Source: an uncultured virus (IMG/VR IMGVR_UViG_3300032116_000170)
Lineage: Duplodnaviria > Heunggongvirae > Uroviricota > Caudoviricetes
Virus record (IMG/VR): IMGVR_UViG_3300032116_000170
Length of the DNA stretch: 64,000 nucleotides
Strand: one strand, 5' to 3'
The number at the start of each line of letters is the position of its first letter. Within the stretch, counting starts at the first letter, position 1. Positions 53,736-63,147 of the stretch are shown here, piece by piece. The notes below the pieces were generated by a model, which saw only the letters and a program-made list of their open reading frames with translations, ran no database searches and was not told the DNA's origin. A program made the position numbers and the translations under genes.

Positions 53736-53989
53736 GCTTGCTCTCCCCATGCCTTTGTTGCTTCTTCTCGCAGTTGGGAAATCAATTTTTCAACCTCATC
53801 CCAGTTGCGTAGGTACTGCTGATAAAACGGATCGCCATCCTGTCCAAACCCAACAACAGGCGGATCAACAGGGCCTATGTAGCCGCCAAGTCCATGAATG
53901 TCCTTCACGACATAAGCGTCATGCTCATATCCACCACTGCGAATTTCACGTAGCTCTTTTTCGTAATACGCTTTTTGTTCGGGTGTCAT
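53732..53989 (-). CDS. Small hypothetical protein
   Basis: ATGA-coupled at both ends. Confidence 0.55.
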   Translation of the reverse strand: MTPEQKAYYEKELREIRSGGYEHDAYVVKDIHGLGGYIGPVDPPVVGFGQDGDPFYQQYLRNWDEVEKLISQLREEATKAWGEQA

Positions 53990-54291
53990 GTGTTTTCCCT
54001 TGCTGGACAGTTGCGTCCTTGGTCACAGTCTTGGTTGCATGGTGGGCATGTGTTCCCCCTTGCTCGGATGGCGTCGGCGCAGTCCAAAGTAGCAGCCTCC
54101 CACAAAGATTCGTTGTCTAGTGAAATATGCACAGGAACAAGTAAATCATCACACACCTTTGCACATGCCTCACGCTCATCAGCACGGACAAGGGCTTCAA
54201 AGGCTTTCAGCTTTTCAAGGTAGATTGGCTCACCAGTTACAAAGTCATAGGGCATTTTGACTTCACGGGCCATGTCTATCGTGTCTCTCAT
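53986..54291 (-). CDS. Mosaic-family protein with Cys-rich tail
   Basis: RDTIDMARE, ALVRADEREACAKVC, AIRARGNT, CPPCNQDCDQGRNCP. Confidence 0.6.
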   Translation of the reverse strand: MRDTIDMAREVKMPYDFVTGEPIYLEKLKAFEALVRADEREACAKVCDDLLVPVHISLDNESLWEAATLDCADAIRARGNTCPPCNQDCDQGRNCPARENT

Positions 54292-54620
54292 GTGTTCCCC
54301 CTGGCTCGAATAGCGGCAGCGTTCCACTCTGAGGTTTGGGCTGCGGAATCATAAATACGCTGGTCAGTGATGCGCTTTGCCTTTGCTGAGGCAACAAGAC
54401 TTCTTTCAACTTGTTCATCACACACCTTTGCACACGCCTCTCTTTCCCCAAGAATCATGGTGTGGGCACGCTCCATCCATTTGTCACGCTCATCAGCACG
54501 GACAAGGGCTTCAAAGCGTTTGAGAAATTCAGTTGATTGCGTCCCAACCCAAGAAGTCCATCCGTGACTTGCAATGTCAGCTGCACCAGCCTTACGGGCC
54601 ATGTCTATCGTCTTATCCAT
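54288..54620 (-). CDS. Mosaic-family protein
   Basis: TIDMAR, ALVRADER, EREACAKVC, AIRARGNT. Confidence 0.6.
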   Translation of the reverse strand: MDKTIDMARKAGAADIASHGWTSWVGTQSTEFLKRFEALVRADERDKWMERAHTMILGEREACAKVCDEQVERSLVASAKAKRITDQRIYDSAAQTSEWNAAAIRARGNT

Positions 54621-55209
54621 TGTTCTTCTCCTTGAGTTTGGCTTCTGCTGTTTTGGCTCGTTCGGCCCACTCATGAATTGCTTCAACGTGTGCGGCGTGC
54701 AGGGTGCATTGCTGCACCTGCTCCTCGCCTTTCCACCTGCAACTGCATGGCTTAAAGACTGGCTCCTGCACAGGAGCGAATGGGGCGACTCTTCGTGCTC
54801 TGAATACGGCCTGAAGATCGGCATCGGCAACGAACTCGCACTCATCACCTTCTGAATACTTGGCAACTTTGAACTGCATCTCATGCACCAGTCCGCAATC
54901 GCAGCACTTCATGAAGTATTGCTCCGAGTAGGGATTGACCCACTCTGACCAGTCGCCTTCGTTTTCAACCTCATGCTTGGTGAAGTCCGGCGGCAATCCT
55001 CCGGGCCGATGTGCCGTGTCGCTTGATTTCCAAGGCTCATAGTCCAGCCCCAACTCTCTGGCGTTCTCTGCCATCTTGTCGAGGGCTCGGGCTTGCTTGA
55101 TGGCGGTGATGGCTTGTTCGGCGCGTTCTATCTCATTCATGCTAAGAGATAGCTCTTTAAAGAACTGCAACGCCTCCAGCGCCAAGTCCAATGCTTCGTC
55201 TTTGGTCAT
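54613..55209 (-). CDS. Mosaic protein with CCDCGLVH Zn motif
   Basis: MTKDEAL..ALEAL, QEPV, KLKEKN blocks. Confidence 0.6.
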   Translation of the reverse strand: MTKDEALDLALEALQFFKELSLSMNEIERAEQAITAIKQARALDKMAENARELGLDYEPWKSSDTAHRPGGLPPDFTKHEVENEGDWSEWVNPYSEQYFMKCCDCGLVHEMQFKVAKYSEGDECEFVADADLQAVFRARRVAPFAPVQEPVFKPCSCRWKGEEQVQQCTLHAAHVEAIHEWAERAKTAEAKLKEKNNG

Positions 55210-55458
55210 AGCGGTGCATCCTCATGGTTGCCGGGGTTGAACTTGGGTACTCGGTTGCCCGTGTCTTTGGGGTTTGGGAATTGTGGGAAAGGCCATGTCA
55301 TGTGCCCCTCCATGAGCTTGCCAAGCGTTGCTTCAACAGCCCCACCACAGGTAAAGCAATCTCGTCATACACGCCGGGGTCAGTCTGCATGATGACCTCG
55401 ATTAAGTCGAGCGCAGCTTGTATCGCCGTGCCATCAGCGTCAAAAATATCTTCGTTGT

Positions 55459-55638
55459 TCATTTCAATCTCCTAAACGTTATCCACGCTGGCTCTTGCAC
55501 CTTGACCACGGGTGGGGGTGTCATCTTCTCCGAGGGTGGGGCCCATCCATACTTGCGCCACAGCGCTTGCACATCAGAGCCGCTGCTCCATTTGAAATCG
55601 GGGTGTCCTACTGGAATCCATGGAATAGTCTTTGTCAT
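55459..55638 (-). CDS. Small hypothetical protein
   Basis: AAGGAG RBS; W.KYGW.PP. Confidence 0.55.
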   Translation of the reverse strand: MTKTIPWIPVGHPDFKWSSGSDVQALWRKYGWAPPSEKMTPPPVVKVQEPAWITFRRLK

Positions 55639-55880
55639 GTTTGTTCTCCTTCTTTGGGGGTTAACCAAAACGCTTCACCGATCCTGTGTCCAATACTCTT
55701 GATCTCGCTCAAGGGGTCCACAAGACTGAGCAGGGCTACATCCCTGCGTATCCAGTCAGGTACGGACTCATCGGAAAAATCCATCTGAGGTCCAAGCATG
55801 GTGTTGCCTTTGAACGAAGACACGTGCCAGCGCCCATCCCGAAGGAGGACTCTGTACTGGCAGTCAGGTTTGCGAAGCAT
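55635..55880 (-). CDS. Small hypothetical protein
   Basis: AAGGA RBS; PDWIRRDVALL. Confidence 0.55.
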   Translation of the reverse strand: MLRKPDCQYRVLLRDGRWHVSSFKGNTMLGPQMDFSDESVPDWIRRDVALLSLVDPLSEIKSIGHRIGEAFWLTPKEGEQT

Positions 55881-55888
55881 TACGTTCC

Positions 55889-57040
55889 TTACATATGCAC
55901 GGTGACACCGTGTGGCGCACTGTTGTGCGAGTTGTTGATACACCATAAAACGGGGGCGGGCCAGTCATTGCCCCAATCCCCGAACACATCACCATCGGTG
56001 AGCATGACAATGCAATCAGGACGGATGTTCTGATCGCGCAGATATTCGGTCACGCAACTCGGCGCTGTGCCACCACCTCCTCTCGGCTTGGTGCTGTCGC
56101 GCAAAGTGCTTACCGCATCTGCTTCGTATTGTTCATGTGCGGCTACATCATGCCCCCAATACAGCAAATCCACAAGTTCAGGCTTAACAGACTCGCACAC
56201 GGACTGCGCTTCTGCAAGGAACTCGGCCAGCTCCCGGCCACCGATCGAACCCGATGTATCCACAGCCAACACAACCCTGTGGATGGTGTCGGAATAACTT
56301 GTGGGCAGCATCAGGTCTTGGCTCTGGAACCTGCGGTTGATGCGGCGGTACGTGGTGTAGTCGTCACCGGGTTTGGTATTGCTCACGAACTCACGCAGCG
56401 CATCACGCCAATCCACCTTGGGTTGCAGCATCTCAAGCACCGAGCGGTCCACATTCGCACCCGCCTTGCTTGCAAGGATGTTGCCCTGCCGCAATGCTTG
56501 GTCGATGGTCTTGGCAAGTTCATCGACTTCCTCTGGTGTCAGCTCGCTGGCCGCATCCCAATCGTGCTGGTCGAATCCTTTGCCACTGGGCGCACCGTTT
56601 GGGTATTGCTTCTTGAGCATCTTAAACACTTGGCCAGAGTCCATGCCACGGTACTGCTCGTCTACACACCCGCCAGCAGGCAGGCGCAAAAAGCCATCCT
56701 TGGCCGCACGATCTGCGATCATGAGGTTGATCACAAAGTCACACGCCATGTTGGCCAGTTGCGCATCGTCCTCGTACAGGTGATGCCATGTGGTCAGGTG
56801 CTTGAACGCACAGTGCAGCTTCTCGTGCAGCACAAGGCCCATGAGTTCTGCATCTGTCAGGTTGGCAATGAAGGCTTCGCTGTACTCGACATTAACGCCA
56901 TCGGTGCGTGCGGTGATACCCGGCTGGGTGGTCACTACGTTGTTGCCCATGACGATGATGCCGGACAACCACATGAACTCCGGGTCTCGGATGAGGGATA
57001 CATGCGCACGCTCGATGCGCTGCAAGGGTGTCATCTTCAT
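55889..57040 (-). CDS. Metallopeptidase-VWA protein (DUF2201-like)
   Basis: TARTDG, HEKLH, N.ACD..IN; MIDAS DTSGS, GGGGT, LTDG. Confidence 0.85.
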   Translation of the reverse strand: MKMTPLQRIERAHVSLIRDPEFMWLSGIIVMGNNVVTTQPGITARTDGVNVEYSEAFIANLTDAELMGLVLHEKLHCAFKHLTTWHHLYEDDAQLANMACDFVINLMIADRAAKDGFLRLPAGGCVDEQYRGMDSGQVFKMLKKQYPNGAPSGKGFDQHDWDAASELTPEEVDELAKTIDQALRQGNILASKAGANVDRSVLEMLQPKVDWRDALREFVSNTKPGDDYTTYRRINRRFQSQDLMLPTSYSDTIHRVVLAVDTSGSIGGRELAEFLAEAQSVCESVKPELVDLLYWGHDVAAHEQYEADAVSTLRDSTKPRGGGGTAPSCVTEYLRDQNIRPDCIVMLTDGDVFGDWGNDWPAPVLWCINNSHNSAPHGVTVHM

Positions 57041-57047
57041 GGTGACC

Positions 57048-58103
57048 TCACGCAAACATGTATTGGTTGTCGATGGCGAACGTGGTGAACTTCTCGTTCT
57101 CCAGCGTGAACTGCTTGGCAGGCTTCTTGATGATGGACGTGCAAAACAGTGCCTGCATCTCACGGGGCATGCGTGCCATGTAATCCATCCACGGGTCAAG
57201 GGTCTGCTCATCCACCCAGTTGAGCGCTTGGTAGGCCAGCATCAGCTTGCCCGCCACTTCCTTGGGCATGCGTGCGTTCTCCGGGTCGTTGATGATCTCG
57301 GTGCGCTTGGGCAGGCTGTCACCCATGGCGATCCACGCTTGCAGGTCCAAAGCAGCAGGTGCACCCACCGTACCTACCAGCGCAGACTCCAGCGCGTTCG
57401 GGGTATACAGGTGGCGCTTGTTCACGATCTTGCTGGCTTGTGCCAGTGACCGGTGTGTCACGAACGCAGTGCGCTGTGCCCGTGGATGGAAGATGAACGG
57501 GTTGTCGTTGGGCTCTTTGTAGTCCTCGAACGAGTGCAGCACATCGGGGCGCTCACCCACCCACATGATGATCTCGGGGGCGATGTCATTGAACCGTGCC
57601 CAGTTGTCCACCCACTCTTGCGCCGTGGGTTTCTTCATCTGCACGAATGACATGCGGTTGCGGTGGTGTGCTTGGAACGTATCGCCCACAGACTCAGCAC
57701 CAAGGTTGGTTGTTGCGAACACGATGGAGTCAGGGTGCAGGCGCTGGTTACCCAAGCGGCGCTCGACCAGCAGGGGCAGGGACGCATCCTTGACGGGCTT
57801 GGTGGCCTTGCCCATTTCATCCAGCATGAGGACGACCGGCGTGTTGTCGTGCATACCCAGCGAAGCGTTCGGATAGAACTCGGAGGACTTGGTCGCGTGG
57901 TCCACAGCAGGCACACGGAAGTCACCCTCGTGCATGACGGTCATGTCAAGGTACATCTTGCGGTGGTTGGGGAACCGCTCACTGACATCATCAAGAATGG
58001 CGCTCTTCCCGCTGCCAATATCTCCTTCTACAACACAGGTCACGTCTGCGCCGATGGCGCAGATAAGATCGACCACTTCATTACGTGTGATTGCTGATTT
58101 CAT
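57048..58103 (-). CDS. MoxR-like AAA+ ATPase
   Basis: GDIGSGKS, LMLDE, ATTN, NR, T.RS. Confidence 0.85.
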   Translation of the reverse strand: MKSAITRNEVVDLICAIGADVTCVVEGDIGSGKSAILDDVSERFPNHRKMYLDMTVMHEGDFRVPAVDHATKSSEFYPNASLGMHDNTPVVLMLDEMGKATKPVKDASLPLLVERRLGNQRLHPDSIVFATTNLGAESVGDTFQAHHRNRMSFVQMKKPTAQEWVDNWARFNDIAPEIIMWVGERPDVLHSFEDYKEPNDNPFIFHPRAQRTAFVTHRSLAQASKIVNKRHLYTPNALESALVGTVGAPAALDLQAWIAMGDSLPKRTEIINDPENARMPKEVAGKLMLAYQALNWVDEQTLDPWMDYMARMPREMQALFCTSIIKKPAKQFTLENEKFTTFAIDNQYMFA

Positions 58104-58609
58104 GATGTTCTTTCGTTTAAAAAGGTTGATTTATCGATCCGCAGAAATACTGCATCTTTGGCACTGAGGCCGCGCTTTAAGCGGTAATGAACCGTCTTTG
58201 GCCCAATACCTGCTTCCTTTGCCCATACGGTCAAGGGCTTGCTCTTTCCGTCTATTTCTAGCCACCGGGTGTTGCGCTTGTTGGTAGCCTGTTCTGCCAA
58301 GGTTGCCCATCGGCAGTTGTTGGGACCATATCCTTGGGCCCCATCTATGCGGTCAATTGATGCACCAGCAAATGGGGGTGGCCCCATATCCAAAATGAAC
58401 CATTCAAATCCGCTCAAACCGTCTGCTCCATATGCCCATCTATCGCATATGGTCACACCCTTCGCCCCGTATTTGGCGTAGTCTTTGTGTGAGGGCTGTA
58501 AGCAACGGGCCTTCATGTTCTGCCATCGCAGATAAATGGTTGACGGCTTCCCGTTTACATACTGGCCGTGCTTGAAAGACGGGTTTGTGGTTCCTTTTAG
58601 ACTGGGCAT
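58100..58609 (-). CDS. HNH homing endonuclease
   Basis: W.NMKARC, YGAKGVTICDRW, SIDRID...GY.P.NCRWAT..EQ..N. Confidence 0.85.
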   Translation of the reverse strand: MPSLKGTTNPSFKHGQYVNGKPSTIYLRWQNMKARCLQPSHKDYAKYGAKGVTICDRWAYGADGLSGFEWFILDMGPPPFAGASIDRIDGAQGYGPNNCRWATLAEQATNKRNTRWLEIDGKSKPLTVWAKEAGIGPKTVHYRLKRGLSAKDAVFLRIDKSTFLNERTS

Positions 58610-58676
58610 CACTGACTCCTTTTGCTAAGTACATGACCATGTTTTACCACAGTATACGCTCTTGGGTCAGCCCCAT

Positions 58677-59546
58677 TTAAATCTCCAATGAAAATTTATC
58701 TGTCAGGTCTTGCATCTTGATCTTGATGGCTTCACGCACCTCGGGTGATTTGCGCAGAGACACAATATCAATGTCGGTCAGGGATTGCTCAAGCGCACGG
58801 CGTGCAGCTTCAAGGTCCGGGTCATCCAGCAGGTTCAAGGATGTGAGCGTGCCGCACAGTGCCAGCGCATTGTCGAGCATGGATTGGTACAGCTTCTGGG
58901 GCTTGCCGTCTTCCTTGTCGATCATCTTGTCCTTGATGTGTTTGATCTCTTGGTACAGGCGCTCCCACGGCTCGCGCATGGCTTCTTGCATACGCTTGTT
59001 GTGCTCACGCTCAAACTGAGCGACCACCTGTTGTGCAGCTGCTGCAGGGATGTCCACACGGAAGTCGCCTGACGATGGCACAGGAGTGAACACATAGTTG
59101 AACCCGAACTTGTGCACCAGCTCTGCAGCGTTGGGGAACTCTTTGGGGTCGAACAGCTTGCCCAGCTTGAACGCTTGCGATGAAACCTTCACGCCATAAT
59201 TGTTGATGAACATATCCACAAGGCGGTTGAACTCGCGCTCGTGCTCTGCCAACTCATGCGTGATGTCAAAGAAGTTTTTGGTTGGTACAAGGCGTGTGCC
59301 CGAGTCAGCCCATGGAAGGGTTACGCTGTACAGCCAAGTGCGCACGCGCCCTGCGTAGGACGCGATGGCTTCGAGGTCTTTGTCCTCGGTGAAGAGTGAC
59401 TTGTACACCGATGCAGCTTTGGATGAACGTGTGTTCTTGCTGATGTTGATCTCTGCGGCAGTAGCCTTGTCTTGCTTGCGGCCCGTGTACACGGACAGAT
59501 GCAGATCGAGCAGCATCGCTGAAGATGAAAGTGATTTGATTGCCAT
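58677..59546 (-). CDS. DUF3150-like protein
   Basis: SAML..L.LS, TLPW.D.G.RL.P, NL..DP.L; adjacent to AAA/VWA pair. Confidence 0.6.
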   Translation of the reverse strand: MAIKSLSSSAMLLDLHLSVYTGRKQDKATAAEINISKNTRSSKAASVYKSLFTEDKDLEAIASYAGRVRTWLYSVTLPWADSGTRLVPTKNFFDITHELAEHEREFNRLVDMFINNYGVKVSSQAFKLGKLFDPKEFPNAAELVHKFGFNYVFTPVPSSGDFRVDIPAAAAQQVVAQFEREHNKRMQEAMREPWERLYQEIKHIKDKMIDKEDGKPQKLYQSMLDNALALCGTLTSLNLLDDPDLEAARRALEQSLTDIDIVSLRKSPEVREAIKIKMQDLTDKFSLEI

Positions 59547-59573
59547 GATGTTTCGTAAGTTAAGTTGAAGAAA

Positions 59574-59589
59574 TTCCTACGCGTAGGAA
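59574..59589. promoter_or_regulatory. TTCCTAC-GC-GTAGGAA palindrome
   Basis: Perfect 16-bp palindrome in leader of 58677-59546. Confidence 0.65.
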
Positions 59590-59629
59590 AAAGGTGTGGG
59601 ATGGTGTGCCCCACAAAAGCTACCAGTTC

Positions 59630-59992
59630 TCAGCCGATACGCAGCACTTCGACCTTTTGGGTGTTTTTGTTGAAGCAGGACTTCATTGCACCTTTGCCCC
59701 ACAAGTTGATGAAGTGCGCGGTGACGCCGCTGTGCAAACTCTTGCCTGTGCCGCCCGGTGGAATGTCAAACTCTGCCACATCACCCACGGCCATGTTGTT
59801 GTATGGCTTGCACATGGTGGAGTAAGTGCCCATCGGGAGCGGGCCAGCTTTACGTACGCGGGTCTTGACCTCAGCCAGCTGCAGGTCGCCCTCGCTGTGT
59901 GTCGTGCCATCGGGCATGACGATGATGTATTTGGCCTTGGTAGCCTTGAGCAAACGCATAGCGTTCTGAACGGTTTGTTCGATGATACTCAT
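59630..59992 (-). CDS. Hypothetical early protein
   Basis: AAGGA RBS; downstream of consensus promoter. Confidence 0.7.
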   Translation of the reverse strand: MSIIEQTVQNAMRLLKATKAKYIIVMPDGTTHSEGDLQLAEVKTRVRKAGPLPMGTYSTMCKPYNNMAVGDVAEFDIPPGGTGKSLHSGVTAHFINLWGKGAMKSCFNKNTQKVEVLRIG

Positions 59993-60030
59993 TTCAAGTT
60001 TCCTTTCGGGGTTTACAAAGTGAAGATTAC

Positions 60031-60059
60031 ATTATAAAGGAGTTTGGGGGTTGTGTCAA
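60031..60059 (-). promoter_or_regulatory. Perfect sigma70 consensus promoter TTGACA-17-TATAAT
   Basis: TGTCAA 60054-59 and ATTATA 60031-36 on +. Confidence 0.9.
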
Positions 60060-60067
60060 ACAACACC

Positions 60068-60361
60068 TCATGGAAAATCGCGAACTTTATTTCGCGGGGT
60101 CTTGGAAAAAGTTACGCCATCGGCGTCAAGCATGGCAAGGCCTACAGCCCACGGTATGTGGTGGGCCTTCTCCCAATCACGGGTTTGCCCGTCATTGTTG
60201 TGCAAGCTGATCGTGTAATAGCAGGTGTTGTCGTCCGCATTGAACGTCAGGCGCATATCCACGCTTGTGTTGCCCTCATCGGGCAGCGAGTACAACTCTT
60301 TGTCGTAGTCGTAGTAAGGCGAGAAGTGCTGAACGAAGTGCCACTTGTTCGTGTCTTTCAT
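60068..60361 (-). CDS. Hypothetical protein
   Basis: 97-aa ORF, AAGGG RBS. Confidence 0.6.
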   Translation of the reverse strand: MKDTNKWHFVQHFSPYYDYDKELYSLPDEGNTSVDMRLTFNADDNTCYYTISLHNNDGQTRDWEKAHHIPWAVGLAMLDADGVTFSKTPRNKVRDFP

Positions 60362-60470
60362 TTCATTTTCCCTTCACCTACGTCACAGAAGTCACAGCGG
60401 CGCTGCCACCACCAGACACGTACCTCACCACACTCACAGCACTTGGCCGTGAACAGTTTGCGTAAAAGTT

Positions 60471-60599
60471 TCATACCACCTCCAATACCAAAAACAAAAC
60501 AAAAATTACCGCCAGCACGATGAACCAGATCAACTCGGCACGATCGGACATGGGTTCACGGTGTGTTGGGATAGGCTTGGGTGGGCCTTTGTATTTCAT
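60471..60599 (-). CDS. Small membrane peptide
   Basis: C-terminal LIWFIVLAVIFVLFLVL. Confidence 0.5.
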   Translation of the reverse strand: MKYKGPPKPIPTHREPMSDRAELIWFIVLAVIFVLFLVLEVV

Positions 60600-60600
60600 C

Positions 60601-61698
60601 TCATGCTCCTGTGTAGCAAAGGTCATACGCTGTTGCCAGCATGGTGTCGGGGTTGCTGCTGTACAGCAGGTCTTCGAGCTGCTCCAGCACCTCATCGGTC
60701 AGCTTCTTGGTGTTGATATACCGCTCGGCCATCGCTGGGTCTTCGGGGTACACACTCTCACACATCAGGGTCACCAGTGGTTTGGTCACGCCACGGAACG
60801 CAGCGATCACTGCATCCTCAGTGTCAAGGAAGTGTGCGGTGATGGGCTGGTGCTCGTCATACGCTGGATACCCAAAGGTCTTGTAGCTTGCGAACCCATA
60901 CTCCATATCGTCTACTCCCGGCTCACGCTCGGCAGGCAGCATGTCCCATCGCACCTTGGTCACAGCTTCGGACAGTTGCTTGAAGTGCAGGATGTCAAGG
61001 GACTCTTGGTCACTGTGCTCACGGTCGTAGCCCACGCTGATGTTGGTGCACTCGGGGATGATGGCTGTGAACTCGGCTGTGTCTGTATATACACCGGTGT
61101 TGTCGGGTAGATACATCAGGTTGTCGTTGGTCGCATTCAACTCATCGGCCAAGTGCTGAGCGAACGTATCTGAGCAGCAGCGCCCATACCCTTGGTGTGT
61201 GATGACACTGTCGATACCCCGGCGGTCGAACGCAATGGCACGGTCGAACTCAGACAGCAGCTGTGGGTAGTGCTCAGCAAGGTGGGTCGCACCGATGCCG
61301 CCACATTCTTCGCCTTGGGTGAACACGTAGTAACCCGGCACGTTCTTGTGGATCATGTGCATGAGCATCGCGCAGCCAGCACCATCGTCTGCACCGAGGG
61401 GCGCACCGTCAGCATGCCAGTGTGTGTCGGTCTTGCGAATCTTGTTGGGTGCAACGTCTTTGTGCACAGTGTCAACGTGGGCAACGAACAGCGTGCGGTG
61501 CTTGGTGCTTGAGCGTGCATCGATGTGCAGATTGCCAGCCACGTCACGCCATGCGCCCTCTTGCAGATGCTTGGGCAGTGCGTCTTGCAGCCACTGTGTG
61601 AAATACATCGTGGCCTTGGTGTTGTGTGGGCGTGCAATGGACAAAGCACGGGCGAGAGTTTTGTGAAGGATAGAATTTTTGTGCATGATGTTTCTCAT
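60601..61698 (-). CDS. Zn-dependent M28/M20-type peptidase
   Basis: AHVDTVH, LGADDGAG, GEECGG, FDR, NISVGY..EH. Confidence 0.85.
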   Translation of the reverse strand: MRNIMHKNSILHKTLARALSIARPHNTKATMYFTQWLQDALPKHLQEGAWRDVAGNLHIDARSSTKHRTLFVAHVDTVHKDVAPNKIRKTDTHWHADGAPLGADDGAGCAMLMHMIHKNVPGYYVFTQGEECGGIGATHLAEHYPQLLSEFDRAIAFDRRGIDSVITHQGYGRCCSDTFAQHLADELNATNDNLMYLPDNTGVYTDTAEFTAIIPECTNISVGYDREHSDQESLDILHFKQLSEAVTKVRWDMLPAEREPGVDDMEYGFASYKTFGYPAYDEHQPITAHFLDTEDAVIAAFRGVTKPLVTLMCESVYPEDPAMAERYINTKKLTDEVLEQLEDLLYSSNPDTMLATAYDLCYTGA

Positions 61699-61704
61699 TG
61701 GTTT

Positions 61705-61748
61705 TTCCTAGTCCTAGCAGAGCTTGGCTCTGCTACTCGGTAGGAATT
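61705..61748 (+). repeat. ~45-bp hairpin element, inverted partner of 63148-63193
   Basis: TTCCTAGTCCTAGCAGAGCTTGGCTCTGCTACTCGGTAGGAATT. Confidence 0.6.
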
Positions 61749-63117
61749 ATTCGGTTTCGGTTTGTTCAGGGACGTTGTCGGGGTGATACAGGTTGCCATC
61801 CACTTCAACGGGCGGCTCGTCATCTTTGCTGTACCACTTGCCAGACTCGGCACACTCGTATGCATCGTCACGCAGGGCATAGTCCCCGTTGTCAAGGCAC
61901 ACGATGTCATCGTCATCCACGTGATACCACTCGTCATCGATCTGCACAGCGTTGTCCTCGTGCTCGTACTCACCATTGGCAAGGTAGATGATGCCGTTGT
62001 CACCGAGGTAGCTGTCGTGGTAGTACTCATCCTGCGACTCCACGTACACGGTGTCATTTTCATGCACGTAGTATTGGTTCCCGTTGCGGCCATACGCAAA
62101 GCGGTAGTACTCATCACGGCAGTACTCGCACACCATCGTGTCCTCATTACGGCCAACCCAATACCCATCGCCCTCACGGATACGGTCGCTGCATGACTCG
62201 CATGTGGTCATGTCCGCATCATCGTAAGTGCCATCGGTGTTGGTGCATTCGTACTCGCCATCTTCAGTGATGACCAAGCAACGCTCACCGTTCAGGTGTG
62301 TGGTGTCCACGCGCTGTGTGTCCCCATCGAGGTAGGGTGCAAGGAAGTCACAGGAATGGGTAATACCCGGCAGCCGGGCAAGGTAGCAGCTCTCCCACCC
62401 ACCACGCTTTTTGTAGCCTTGCTCAGCCAGCCACTGTTCCATCTGCTCATCGCTGGATGAATAGCCCCCGGTCTTGCGGTAGCTACGCACGTAGAACTTC
62501 TCATCGCCGCTTTGGTAGCACAGCGCACGGCCCACGGTGTCATCGCCCTCAATGTGCACACACATGTGCCAGCCATACTTGGGGTCATAGGTTCGGTACG
62601 GGTGTTCATCCACATCGCTTCCGTTCCATACCATGCAAGAGTGTGGCCCCCGGTGCAGGTGGAATATCATCTCGGCTGTGGTGTGCACGAACTTCATGCC
62701 TGTGGCTGTGACGCTGGCCACGATGTCACGTATGGCGTGATCGGGCAGCATGGTGAAGTGTGAGCGCAGGTATTTGCCCAGTGAGGTGACAGTCTGCACG
62801 TCACGCTCTGCCTTGTCTTCGTTCTGTGTGTAGGCAACCCGGCCCTTGTCGGTGATGGTTGTGGGTACGTGCGGCCACTCCAGCAGCAGGCGCTGCCAAT
62901 TATCGGGGCGTGCAAGAGCGATGGCTTTGGTGATGGCAGGGTGCAGTGGGTATCGGTCTTGCTCACGACGATGCCATTCACGGCGTGGCACGGATATGTT
63001 GTATTCGTAGCCCCCATCAAGGCGGCGTGTGGTGATTGGCTCGCCACCATATTTGAGAATGTTTGCAGCAATTAGGATCGTGTCGATCATGTACTGCGGG
63101 TTGTATGTAGTTTCCAT
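61747..63117 (-). CDS. Hypothetical protein with acidic Cys/His/Tyr C-terminal repeats
   Basis: SCM, GRAL, PYLD; CxxC pairs; repeated YxHxD[DN]xV units. Confidence 0.75.
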   Translation of the reverse strand: METTYNPQYMIDTILIAANILKYGGEPITTRRLDGGYEYNISVPRREWHRREQDRYPLHPAITKAIALARPDNWQRLLLEWPHVPTTITDKGRVAYTQNEDKAERDVQTVTSLGKYLRSHFTMLPDHAIRDIVASVTATGMKFVHTTAEMIFHLHRGPHSCMVWNGSDVDEHPYRTYDPKYGWHMCVHIEGDDTVGRALCYQSGDEKFYVRSYRKTGGYSSSDEQMEQWLAEQGYKKRGGWESCYLARLPGITHSCDFLAPYLDGDTQRVDTTHLNGERCLVITEDGEYECTNTDGTYDDADMTTCESCSDRIREGDGYWVGRNEDTMVCEYCRDEYYRFAYGRNGNQYYVHENDTVYVESQDEYYHDSYLGDNGIIYLANGEYEHEDNAVQIDDEWYHVDDDDIVCLDNGDYALRDDAYECAESGKWYSKDDEPPVEVDGNLYHPDNVPEQTETE

Positions 63118-63147
63118 ATCATCTTTCGTGGTTGGTTGAGTTGAAGA

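Noticed and set aside
53038..54620. Repeat blocks as CRISPR or DGR template/variable repeats
   Set aside because: Several different block types, all coding; no reverse transcriptase and no adenine-specific mismatch pattern
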